A stretch of DNA of 20,000 nucleotides from Chiloscyllium plagiosum (taxonomy: Eukaryota), in assembly GCF_004010195.1 (NCBI RefSeq), contig NC_057752.1, forward strand, positions 7,264,453 through 7,284,452, read 5' to 3'. A program made the position numbers and the translations under genes. Each line of letters opens with the position of its first letter. Within the stretch, counting starts at the first letter, position 1. Positions 1 to 9,397 of this stretch are shown here, in pieces. Under the pieces are notes generated by a model. That model was not told where the DNA came from. It saw only the letters and a list, made by a program, of their open reading frames with translations, and did not search any database.

Positions 1-524
1 CACACTCATGCGCACACCCTCTCACAGGCACATGTAAGTCTATCGGGACAATTTACATTTACAGATACATTCTATTTTGTTCAAAAAGCACACAATCTGT
101 AGGCAGTCAGTCCATTGACATTTTATAAATTCCTAGTTTGGAAATAGAACCAGTCTGACTCAAGGTTGATATACAGACATACTCTAATCGTACACCTTTA
201 AACGCATTGTCTGAGCTGAGATGTCAATTCTTTTTAAAATAAAGCCTTAAGTTATCTCAGGCTTGTGATTTGAAAGGAGCTCTGGGATTTACATATTTAT
301 CAATCAAAACCTACATCCCCATTCTAAGAGATTAAAGACTTAACAGCAGTCTAGGTTTGTTCAATCTATCGCATCAGTTGTATGATACTTTGATCTTTTA
401 CCATAAATTCTGTGCTCTATGATTGTGCTCCACTAGCTACCTGAAGGAGCAGCACTCTGAAAGCTTCTACTTCCAAATAAACCCATCGGACTATAACCTG
501 GTCTTGTGTGATTTTTTAACTTTG
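1..524 (+). mobile_element. Penelope-like element 3' region/pseudo-LTR, truncated at the window edge
   Basis: CA-rich start, then a terminus CTACCTGAAGGAGCAGCACTCTGAAAGCTT...AAATAAACC...GGACTATAACCTGG...TGTGTGATTTTTTAACTTTG. It contains a degenerate hammerhead motif at 438-468 and AATAAA. Matches the shark PLE terminus as I recall it. Confidence 0.7.
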
Positions 525-2574
525 AAATAAGCCTGCAGAGTCAGGAAACAAAACTTTCTACTGTCACAGCCAACAAGTATGCAGAAAACATGCATGCTGC
601 ATCATATATTCAGTAAGTTATAGGAGAAGACTGTGGAAACTTGAGTTTTTGTGTCTGAGAAAAGGGATCTGATCTGAGTGCTACACACAATAAGAAAATA
701 AATTTCAAATTAAATAGCAAACCAATAAAATAAAAACATTTAGAATTGATCCCAAGAAATTAATCTTCATGAACAGGATAATGGAACAGACTTCCTGAAA
801 AACTAGCCAAACCAAAAGACCTGGAGCCTCTTGTAGGGGGGAGGAAAAAAAAAAAAAGAGGCTTTGAAAGGTGGTGGTTTTGGGAATTGTTTTATATGAA
901 TGACCAAAGATGGTTCAAATAATTTTAGTAACAAAAAAAAATAAAACCACTTTTGTTCCCCCCCACACTGAATAATATCATGGCGCTGAACTCTCAATTT
1001 CCTAGACAGATTTGAACTACTGCATATTTAGAGTTAACAGAAAATAGACAGAAAAAAAAAAGAGTAGTTCTCATAATTTATACCAAACGTTATCCAATCA
1101 AATAACGCAACGAGGATGACAAGTTATTGAACGTACACAGCCTTCCACCAACTTTACAGCAAAAAGAAGCCTCTAATGGAAATATCTTGTGGGAGGAGCA
1201 TGGACAAATATCAAGAATTAAAAAAAAAACACTAAATACAAAAGGATTAAATTCAAAGGGCTTATTTATTGCCAAAATCTGCACAACCAAAACTTAGTTT
1301 TCTGAAGATGCTGTTGTCTATATTTCTGTTAGTTCCAGAAAAAGAAGTCATTCTGAACAGTTCTATGAATGTTCAGTATGGCAACTCTGCATGCTGTAAA
1401 CACTTCAGAACAGATTCTGGATGTGTTTCAAATTTCACATTATAGCTATGCACTTTAGTTCCTGTTTGGCCTGCCTCAAATACTTGCACTTAAGACTACT
1501 GTCACATTGCCAACAAGGATATTGCATCCCTTTGTGCCCAAGGAAAAGCATTGTATGGGCTCATCATTCCGGCCATAAATGTTTGATTATTCATTGCTTT
1601 GTGCTTTAGAATTTTGATCCTCCCTTTGAACTACAAGCAAAGATACTGGCATTTGTAATACACGTTATTGCACATTTTCCACAAACTCCAGGGCTTTGAC
1701 AGCTCTTAAAATAAAAGGTTGTGTAGAGACAGACAGACAAATCCAATCTGATCCAAAGATGAACATCCAAATGGCCTTTCTAGTCAGTATTACATCATAA
1801 AATCATCTAACAATTGAACATTCCTAATTAGTGTTACCACAATAAGGTTATGCTTGGATTACAAATTACTAGCGTCATAGGCTTACTCAACCACACTTTC
1901 ATTCAACTAGTCTTTTCCTAGCATACTCTGACAACGTCAAGAACAGACAGCCTATTTACTTTCTAAGTAATTTCTGCTATCCACTACATGGCGGTAGCAT
2001 AAAGATTAAAATCCATTTCAAATGAAAATTTTATATCTTACGAGGCATTTCCACCTACCATCACAACAAATATTTTCCTAAAAAGAGTTTCCTAGCTTGA
2101 AATCCTAATAACACAGAATTCCATAGGGAAGGAAGGGGAGAAGTTAAAGTTGGCTAGAGAAAAGAGAGAATCCATGACCAACCATTTCATTTCAAAATAC
2201 AATACTATGCTGTGGCGTGGAAACTCAATGATTGCGGTCTCTTTCCCAAAATCAGAGTCTGTGAAAGAGCTTGGCTTGGCCAATCGACTGATAATCATGA
2301 TTTTGTGAAATATCAGTACCTCTCAAAACTTGATCTGTGACGTCTACAAAGAATGCTCTGATGTACGTTTTCAATAGTCACCGCGCCCTTTTCAAATATA
2401 GCAAACAGAAACGAACTTTTGTCAGAGACCTTTATCCTGTTATCAAAATTCCCCAGCTGTTTAGAGACAATGCTAAAATAACACACCCATATCTTAGAAT
2501 TAGAAGCATCCACCTAGCAACAGGGCAAACAACACACTACCTGTTCTGTGGTGTTGCATAAACACTGTAAAAGG

Positions 2575-2895
2575 AACTGGCCATTTAGCTCAATTAACCT
2601 GTTTTGCCATTCAGTTAGATCATAGTTTATTAGTACCTCTGATTATGAGCAAAAATTGAATATCTCAAATTCCTCAAAATTTCAACTGATCCAGTTCTCA
2701 GTCTTTTGAGAGAGTCAGTTCCTGATTTCTGCAATCTTTTGTGAAAAGAGCTTCCTGCTTTCACTCTTAAATAAAGCAGGCCCAATTTCAACAGTGTGCC
2801 CTCTTGTTCTGATTGGCACATCAGAGTATATAGTTTCTCTGTATCTCAAGCTATCATTTTCCCATGGAATAAAAGCCAGATTCATGCAACTTACC
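2575..2895 (-). mobile_element. Old CR1 LINE 3' fragment
   Basis: Begins GGCCATTTAGCTCAATTAACCTGTTTTGCCATTCAGTTAGATCAT, a diverged parallel of the CR1 3' end at 2918-2965. Also contains TGCCCTCTTGTTCT (the TRGH motif on the minus strand). Confidence 0.6.
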
Positions 2896-2904
2896 TTAAG
2901 ATGC

Positions 2905-3730
2905 CGAGGTAGACTTTGGCCATTTGGCCCATTGAGTCTGCTCTGCCACTAATTAGATCATGGCTGATCCGATAATCCTCAACTCCAATTTCCTGCCTTT
3001 TCCCTATAACCCTCGATTCCCTTACTGATTTAAAACTGTTTATCTCAGTCTCAAATAGACTTAACAACCCAGCTGCTACAACCCTCTACAGTAAAGAATT
3101 CTACAGATTCACTACCCTCTCAGAATTAAATTTCTTCTTATCTCTGTCCTAACTGAGCGACCCCTCACTCTGAGATTTTGCCTCTGGTCCTGCACTTTCC
3201 CACAGTGGAAAGCAACATTTCCTCCTTCACCCTGTCAAGCCCCCTAAGAATTTTATATGCTTCTATCAGGTTGCCACTCCTTCTTTTAAATCCCTAAGAA
3301 TACAAGCCCAACCTACTCAACCTTGCCCTCCACACTTGGTATCAGCCTAATAAACCTTCTCCGGACTGCATCCAATGTCAGCATTTCTCTCCTTAAATAA
3401 GGGGGACCAAAACTATTCACAATATTCCAGATGAGATCTGACTAGTACCTTGCATAGTTTGAGCAAAACCGCTCTCCATTTAAACGTGAACATTTCATTT
3501 GCCTTCTCGATTACCTGCTGAACTTAGATACTAGCTTTCTGTGATTCATGCATGTGGATCCCAAAACCCCTGAATGCTACAGCTTTCTCCGTTGAAACCA
3601 AATTCAAATCTTAAGATTCTCTCTGCCAAAGGGTATGACTTAACTGGTCTATATCTCTCTGTAGACTCTTCTTGTGATCCCCTTCACTTGCCTTTCCACT
3701 TATTTTTGTGTCATCCAGCAAGTTGCAGTA
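2905..3730 (-). mobile_element. CR1 LINE 3' fragment (ORF2 C-terminus and 3' UTR), decayed
   Basis: GGCCATTTGGCCCATTGAGTCTGCTCTGCCA...AGATCATGGCTGATC is a CR1 3' UTR read in reverse. The minus strand gives IEAYKILRGLDRV and HLEYCE*FWSP-like ORF2 motifs with stops and frameshifts. Confidence 0.85.
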
Positions 3731-3739
3731 TCATTTTGG

Positions 3740-3960
3740 AGAATCTATACTGTATCCTCTCCAAGACCAATATATCCCTCCTGAGATGCACTACCAACAC
3801 TGAACACAGTACTCTAGATGGGATCTGACCAAGACTGTACAACTGAAGCACAACTCTCACCCTTTTGTATTCCCGCACTGTTGAAATAAAAACTCTTGAC
3901 ATTTCATTTGGCTTTTTAATTTCTTTTTGTAGCTGCGCACTAGCTTTTAGTGACCTCATA
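3740..3960 (-). mobile_element. Second CR1 ORF2 fragment
   Basis: ORF track 3711..4007 contains EYKRVRVVLQLYSL and HLRRDILVLERIQYRF, typical of the CR1 ORF2 C-terminus. It repeats a region already covered by the 2905-3730 copy. Confidence 0.75.
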
Positions 3961-3974
3961 CAATATGAGGGAAT

Positions 3975-4063
3975 ATTATTCTTGGAATGGGGGCAAGGAT
4001 GAGGCATGATCTTAATGAATACAGAACAAGCTCAAGGGCGAATGTCATACCTCTGTTCCTATT
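3975..4063 (+). mobile_element. CR1 3' UTR remnant
   Basis: GCATGATCTTAATGAATACAGAACAAGCTCAAGGGCGAATG...CTCTGTTCCTATT resembles the reverse complement of the CR1 3' end at 2905-2965. Confidence 0.55.
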
Positions 4064-4166
4064 TGCAAAACCCTATTAGATGTTGTGATCGCGTATGTAT
4101 ACTTCTTTCCTTAGGTTCTCACAATTAAAAAACAAATGTTTTTCCATCGCATAAAATATAAAATGG

Positions 4167-4366
4167 CACTGGATAAAGCACAACAGGTCAGGCAGGGTCT
4201 GAGGAGCAAGAGAGTCGACGATTCGTGCGTAACCCTTCATCAAGTCTTACGCTGAATTGTCGACTCTCTTGCTCCTCAGATCCTGCCTGACCTACTGTGC
4301 TTTAACCAGTGCCACACTTTATCGACTCTGACTTCTCTAGCATCTGCAGTCCTCACGATCTCCTAC
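4167..4366. mobile_element. PLE terminal-repeat fold-back insertion (inverted pLTR pair) with 13-bp direct repeats
   Basis: Inverted arms 4164-4232 and 4247-4314. AAATATAAAATGG flanks it at 4154-4166 and 4367-4379. The sequence is homologous to the PLE terminus at 19569-19700. Confidence 0.85.
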
Positions 4367-4409
4367 AAATATAAAATGGACACATCAGGGCTAAGTATTC
4401 ATAAGTCAA

Positions 4410-4549
4410 ACAAAGACAAAGAACTGCAGATGCTGGAGATTTGCAACACACAAAAACAGAAATTGTTGAAGAAACTCAGCAGGTCTGGCAGAATCTGTGG
4501 CACGAAGAGAGAGTTAACCTTTCAAGTCCGGTGACCCTTCTTCAGAACT
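4410..4549 (-). mobile_element. PLE pseudo-LTR fragment with hammerhead motif
   Basis: CTGCAGATGCTGGAGA...AAACTCAGCAGGTCTGGCAG...GAGTTAACCTTTCAAGTCCGGTGACCCTTCTTCAGAACT is the reverse-complement homologue of 12970-13068. Confidence 0.8.
4512..4549 (-). ncRNA. Minimal type I hammerhead ribozyme motif, core intact
   Basis: Minus strand reads AGUU-CUGAAGA-A-GGGUC(ACCG)GACUU-GAAA-GG-UU/AACU. This gives a 4-bp stem I, the CUGANGA and GAAA core, a 5-bp stem II with two G-U pairs and a GUU triplet. Confidence 0.65.
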
Positions 4550-4644
4550 TTTAAGTTACCAAGTTCTACTGTCTAACCTTCCTTAATTCACCCACAATTC
4601 TGTGCAAACTGATCATTGGTAGCAAGTTAAGTCACAACTAGAAT

Positions 4645-4872
4645 TTAGATTAGATTAGATTACTTACATTGAGGAAACAGGCCCTTCGGCCCAACATGTC
4701 CACACCGCCCCACCGAAGCGCAACCCACCCATACCCCTACATTTACCCCTTACCTAACACTACGGGCAATTTAGCATGGTCAATTCACCTAACCTGCACA
4801 TCCTTGGACTGTGGGAGGAAACTGGAGCACCCGGAGGAAACCCACGCAGACACAGGGAGAACGTGCAAACTC
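4645..4872 (-). mobile_element. HE1-type V-SINE, 5'-truncated, (TTAGA)n tail
   Basis: V-domain GGGCAATTTAGCATGGTCAATTCACCTAACCTGCACATC, then GGACTGTGGGAGGAAACTGGAGCACCCGGAGGAAACCCACGCAGAC. The 3' end resembles the LINE end at 17530-17570. Confidence 0.92.
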
Positions 4873-5001
4873 TTCAACGTGACACGCATAAGTAACAAAT
4901 AATTTACCAAAGTTTGTAAGCTGTAATCTAGAAAATCAGTTGTTGCTCACATAAATGGGAACCCGCCAAATGTTGAACAAATGCGGACATGAAGTCCTTC
5001 T

Positions 5002-5065
5002 AAAATAAGAATAGAAACATTGAAAATACTAGCAGCAGGTTTGGTAGCATTGGTGGAGAGAGCTT
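5002..5065 (-). mobile_element. Highly decayed PLE pLTR fragment
   Basis: GAAAATACTAGCAGCAGGTTTGGTAGCATTGGTGGAGAGAG resembles 4466-4512. Confidence 0.45.
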
Positions 5066-5498
5066 AGATTAGCTATTACTGGTTACAGCTAAGTAGAAAC
5101 TGTTGTGTACAACAGTGAAGCACTTCCAGGAAAGGGTATTGCAAAGGCTTTTGCATTTTTGCAGAAATTAGGTTCCTTTCAAAAGGCTTTGTGAATTTGT
5201 TCACAATCCTATTTTAATGATTTCCACACTTGAGGATCAAAGGTGTGTTCAATGATTTAAACACATTTATAATATTTTTCAAGTTTCCCATATTAACATA
5301 TATACGTAATGTGCATATGAAAGCTTTCCTCGTGTCATCCAAGTTCAGGAGAGTAAGAAGCAATTATTGTGAAAGGAACTTGCAACGTGAATGAATAAAG
5401 TACAAACCTCTTAAGAAACTTTTCATTTTGGGTAGGATTTTCCTCAGGGATGCTTGTAGTTGCCACCAAGAAAGGTGCAATCTTGCTGATGTGTTAAT

Positions 5499-5828
5499 GG
5501 CAGTATGGTGGCTCAATGGTTAGCACTGTTGCTGCACAGTACCAGGACTCTGGTTCGATTCCATCCTCAGGTGACTGCCTGTGTGGAGTTTGCACAGGTT
5601 TCCACAGGGTGCTTTGGTTTCCTCCCACAGTCCAAAGATGTGCAGGTTAGATGGATTGGCCATGCTAAATTGCCCTGTTGGGTCCAGGGTTATTCAGGTT
5701 AAGTGGGTTAGCTATGGTAAATGCAAGGGTTATGGGGATAGAGTGAATTGCCCTTCGCAGGTTCAGTGCAGACTTGATGGGCTAAATGTCCTCCAAGTGT
5801 GCTGTAGGGATTCTACTCCACGATTCTA
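5499..5828 (+). mobile_element. HE1-type V-SINE, near full length, diverged
   Basis: tRNA-derived head with A box TGGCTCAATGG (5509-5519) and B box GGTTCGATTCC (5552-5562). V-domain GTGCAGGTTAGATGGATTGGCCATGCTAAATTGCCC. Tail CTGTAGGGATTCTA. Confidence 0.92.
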
Positions 5829-6536
5829 AGACAATTCAAGATCACGTTGCTACCTGCAGCCTTTCCATGTGACTTGATAGCTAATGTGGCAGGGGCCTGG
5901 CTGTAGATACATATCCACCCTTTCATCTAGCAGATGGCCTGGGGAAGGGAGTGGTCATTTTATAAATGATTGTGTGTGTCTGGCATTTCAGTTTACTTCA
6001 GTGAATTTAATTGGAGCAGATAATTTTGTTGGTAGCTGTACTGCAGGGTTAGAGTTGCCCTCGTTCACAAAAAAAAGGACAATATTTTGGGGGGGTGTTG
6101 GACAGTAGGGTCAGGATGGAAGAAAAATACAAGAAGAGTGCCATTTTTCAAACAAAATAATTACTGCATGATCCTAAATTTAAATGGTGAATTTCCAAAG
6201 TTATTCTGTTAAATACTGCCTGAAATTTGCCAGTATCTTGGATTTCTTTCCTGTGATCTTTATGACCATTGTCCTCACTTCATTGCTTTCTCACACAGTT
6301 GATTTCTCTAAGTTTTAAGAAACAATCCTTTCGTGTTAAAAATACCGTCTTTAAGTTTCCTATGTAAAACATACCCACCGTTTCCTGAATAGATATCAAA
6401 TGAGTTTATGGCATATCTGGGACTGTAGTAGTAATCCCTTTTGGATCAAGGTTCAAATTGTTTTTCCATAGTGGAGAGATCCTGGAATTATACATCCAAG
6501 GGTGCATGACCAGCACAAGAGAATACCTGATTAGAC

Positions 6537-7605
6537 TTTGGTTTTATTTATTCGTGGGACACGGACATGGACATGCCTGAACTGCTGTGCTCTTCCAGCA
6601 CCACTAATCCATCACTGGCTGGCCAGTATTTATTGCCCGTACCTAACTGCCCTTGAGAACGTGGTGGTGAGCTGCCTTTTTGAACCACTGCAGTCCATAT
6701 GCCGTAGATTGACCCACAAAGCCCTCAGGGAGGCTATTCCAAGATTGTGACTCAGCAATAGTAAAGAAACTGTGATATATTTCCAAGTCAGGATCGTGTG
6801 CAACTTGGAGGGGAACTTACAGGGGATCGTGTTCACATGTAACTGCTGCCCTTGTCCTTCTAGATGCAAGTGACCATGGGTTAGGAGGGTGCGCCTAAGG
6901 ATCTTTGGTGAATTTCTGCAGCGCATTTTGTAGATAGTACGCACTGCTTGTGGTGCAAGGAGTGCATGCTTGTGGATATGGTGCCAATCAAGTGGGTTAC
7001 TTTGTCCTGGATGGTGTGAAGCTTCTTGAGTGCTACTGGGCACCCATCTAGGCAAATGTGGAGTATTCCATGTCACTCCTGACTTGTGCCTTGTAGATGG
7101 ACAGGCTTTAGGGAGTCAGGAGTGTTACTTGACACAGAATTCCTAGCCTCTGCCCTGCTCTTGTAACCACTATGTTTATATGGTGAGTCAAGTTCTGTTT
7201 CTGGCCAATGGTAACCCCAGGATGTCGATAGTGGGGGAAACTTTTCAAGGGGCAGTGGTCAAATCATCTGACTGGAGATAGTCACTGACAGGCATTTGAA
7301 CAGTGCAAATGTTATTTGCCACATCTCAGCGCAAAACTTGATATTGTCCAGATCTTGATGTACTTGAACATGGACTGCTTCAGTATCTGAGGAGTTGCGA
7401 ATAGTGCTTAACCTTTGTGCAATCATTGGCAAAAATCCCTACTTCTGATCTTATGATGGAGGGGAGGTCATTGCAGATGTAGCTGAAGATGGTTGGGCCT
7501 AGGACATTAGCCTGAGGAACTCCTGCAGTGATGTTCTGGAGGGGAGATGACTGACCTCCAACAGCCACAACCATCTTATGTGCCAAGTATGACTTCAACC
7601 AGAAA
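6537..7605 (-). mobile_element. CR1/L2-group LINE, 3' half (RT to 3' tail), decayed
   Basis: ORF 7380..7646 gives ITAGVPQANVLGPTIFSYICNDLPSIIRSEVGIFANDCT, matching the RT motifs GVPQGS and FADD. The minus strand ends GGGCAATAAATACTGGCCAGCCAGTGATG...GAATAAATAAAA. Confidence 0.88.
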
Positions 7606-7814
7606 GACTTCCGGTTCTTATTCTTGTATGCTCGAGAACAAATCAAAATTCTCTATTTCTTAAAAAACTAATAATATCCTCATAACCTTGAGAGGTTTCA
7701 ATTTGGATTTTATTTGATTCTAGGTACCTTCTGTTCAAGCATAAAAGTGAATAGCTGTGCAGAAGTGTTAACTGCTGACTTTGAGTTGAGGAGAAATTGT
7801 TTGAAATAACACAA

Positions 7815-8228
7815 CACTGGACAAACAGGCAGATAACTAGCTACCAGGATACATGAACATCAACTAGCCACAAAAAGACATTCACTCTCACTAGTATCCT
7901 TACATACATAAGAGGAAGGACACCACTTCAACTGGGACAACACATCCATTCTAGGACAAGCCAAACAGACACGCACGAGAATTCCTAGAAGCATGGCATT
8001 CCAACCAGAACTTTATCAACAAGCACATCGACTTGGACCCTGTTTACCAGCCCCTGTGAAAACGAACAGGAAATGACATCACCAACCCAAGGAAACCTAA
8101 ATACACAAATAGAAAGCAGGCCATACTGCCAGTGCTTCAGTTGGAGGCTCACTACTGATGTTACTTAGTATGGTGATGAAACATCTCGAAACAAATCTTC
8201 CAGCTCAGTGAGCAAACCGGCATCCACA
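7815..8228 (+). mobile_element. Penelope-like element 3' fragment (GIY-YIG remnant and pLTR), copy 1
   Basis: Translates to GQTGR*LATRIHEHQLATKRH...HFNWDNTSILGQ.../AREFLEAWHSNQNFINKHIDLDPVYQPL, with stops and a frameshift. Degenerate hammerhead at 8149-8188. Confidence 0.88.
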
Positions 8229-8779
8229 TATTTGTTGATTGTACAATGTTCAGCAACATTCACAATTCTTCAGATACTGAAGTGGTTTATCTGCAGTGTT
8301 AGGACTTTCTGGGGTAGTGCACTAGAAACCAAGTCCTGCTATTCCCAGAAGCATTGCAAAAGTTAAAGATTAAGTAGTATGCAGAATTCACTATTTTTGC
8401 TTGACTTTTTCAGATTTAGGTTGACAAAGCACAGACTGGTTTCTGTACAGTACTTACGAATTGCTATTTAAAGTAGATTGACTCTAGCTGCAGAGAAACA
8501 ATTATTATGAATCGTTGGCATATAAATCTACCCCTCATGCAAACTTGCTCTCTTCCCCCACCCAAACAGACATATACATGAAAACAAACTGTGGTCACTC
8601 AAAATGAGCGTTGTGAATAAGATAGTAATTCAGACAATGCATACTGGAAGTAATTATGGGTGGAAGGAAAAATTAAAAAGGCAGTTCAGTGGTCTGTGTT
8701 TCCAGGTGATATGTAGTTGACTTGAAGCGCGTTACACCCAAAACTGCTAATGGTTGTATAGAAAACTTCAGACAGAAAG

Positions 8780-8853
8780 TTAGATTAGATTAGATTAGAT
8801 TACTTACAGTGTGGAAACAGGCTCTTTGGCCCAACAAGTCCACACCGACCCTC
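8780..8853 (-). mobile_element. HE1-type SINE 3' tail fragment with (TTAGA)4
   Basis: TTAGATTAGATTAGATTAGATTACTTACAGTGTGGAAACAGGCTCTTTGGCCCAACAAGTCCACACCG is nearly identical to 4645-4707. Confidence 0.88.
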
Positions 8854-9167
8854 TTGAAAGGTATTTTGTAAATTACATTATTTTTGCTTGTTGTAACTGT
8901 AACAAACTCTACATTGAACAAACAGGCTAAAAACTAGCCACCAGGATACATGAACATCAACTAGCCACAAAAACCCACTCTCACTGGTATCCTTACATAC
9001 AGATGAGGAAGGATACCACTTCGACTGGGACAACACACCCATCATAGGACAAGCCAAACAGAGACACGCACGAGAATTCCTAGAAGCATGGCATTTCAAC
9101 CAGAACTCTATCAACAAACATATCGACAAATGGGTGACCCCATTTATCACCCCATGAGAAAAGAATA

Positions 9168-9221
9168 GAAAATGACATCACCACATGAAATGATGTCACC
9201 ACAGGAAATGACATCACCAAC
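9168..9221 (+). repeat. Three tandem 18-bp units inside the PLE terminus
   Basis: GAAAATGACATCACCACA / TGAAATGATGTCACCACA / GGAAATGACATCACCAAC. Confidence 0.85.
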
Positions 9222-9277
9222 CCAAGGAAACAAACAAATAGAAAGTGGGCCATACCACCAGTGCTTCATCCAGAGGC

Positions 9278-9317
9278 TCACTGATGATGTTAACTAGTAT
9301 GGTGACGAAACATCTGA
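9278..9317 (+). ncRNA. Minimal type I hammerhead ribozyme motif, core intact
   Basis: UCA-CUGAUGA-U-GUUAAC(UAGUAU)GGUGAC-GAAA-CA-UC/UGA: 3-bp stem I, perfect core, stem II with 5 of 6 pairs, AUC triplet. Confidence 0.65.
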
Positions 9318-9397
9318 AAACGAACCTTCCAGCTCAGCGAGCAAACCTACATCAAGAACCTCAACATGAGCTACAAGTCTTCTCAAATTTCGCTATC

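Larger units (their letters stand above)
8893..9395 (+). mobile_element. Penelope-like element 3' fragment (GIY-YIG remnant and pLTR), copy 2
   Basis: Translates to CNCNKLYIEQTG*KLATRIHEHQLATK.../EEGYHFDWDNTPIIGQAKQRHAREFLEAWHFNQNSINKHID. Direct homologue of 7815-8228. Confidence 0.9.

Noticed and set aside
803..1609. Short ORFs 803..997, 1090..1290 and 1421..1609
   Set aside because: Low-complexity frames crossing poly-A tracts, with no recognisable domain or convincing splice pair.
2889..2898. Strong minus-strand splice donor AAG/GTAAGT
   Set aside because: It lies at the junction of two CR1 fragments and has no non-repeat exon upstream.
4628..4901. Possible TSD of the SINE (TAAGTCACAACTA vs TAAGTAACAAATA)
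   Set aside because: Two mismatches, and it is offset from the ends of an otherwise well-preserved element.
5499..5575. Possible tRNA gene (A and B boxes)
   Set aside because: It is the SINE head. It continues into the V-domain, with no cloverleaf closure or terminator.
6630..7076. 148-aa ORF, the longest in the window
   Set aside because: A frameshifted mosaic of LINE ORF2 sequence, not a host gene.
8458..8487. 30-bp minus-strand AG...GTAAGT micro-exon candidate
   Set aside because: Stops in all frames, a poor donor context, and probably within decayed repeat sequence.
9168..9221. CRISPR-like or other repeat-spacer array
   Set aside because: The units are directly adjacent with no spacers, in a vertebrate transposon context.
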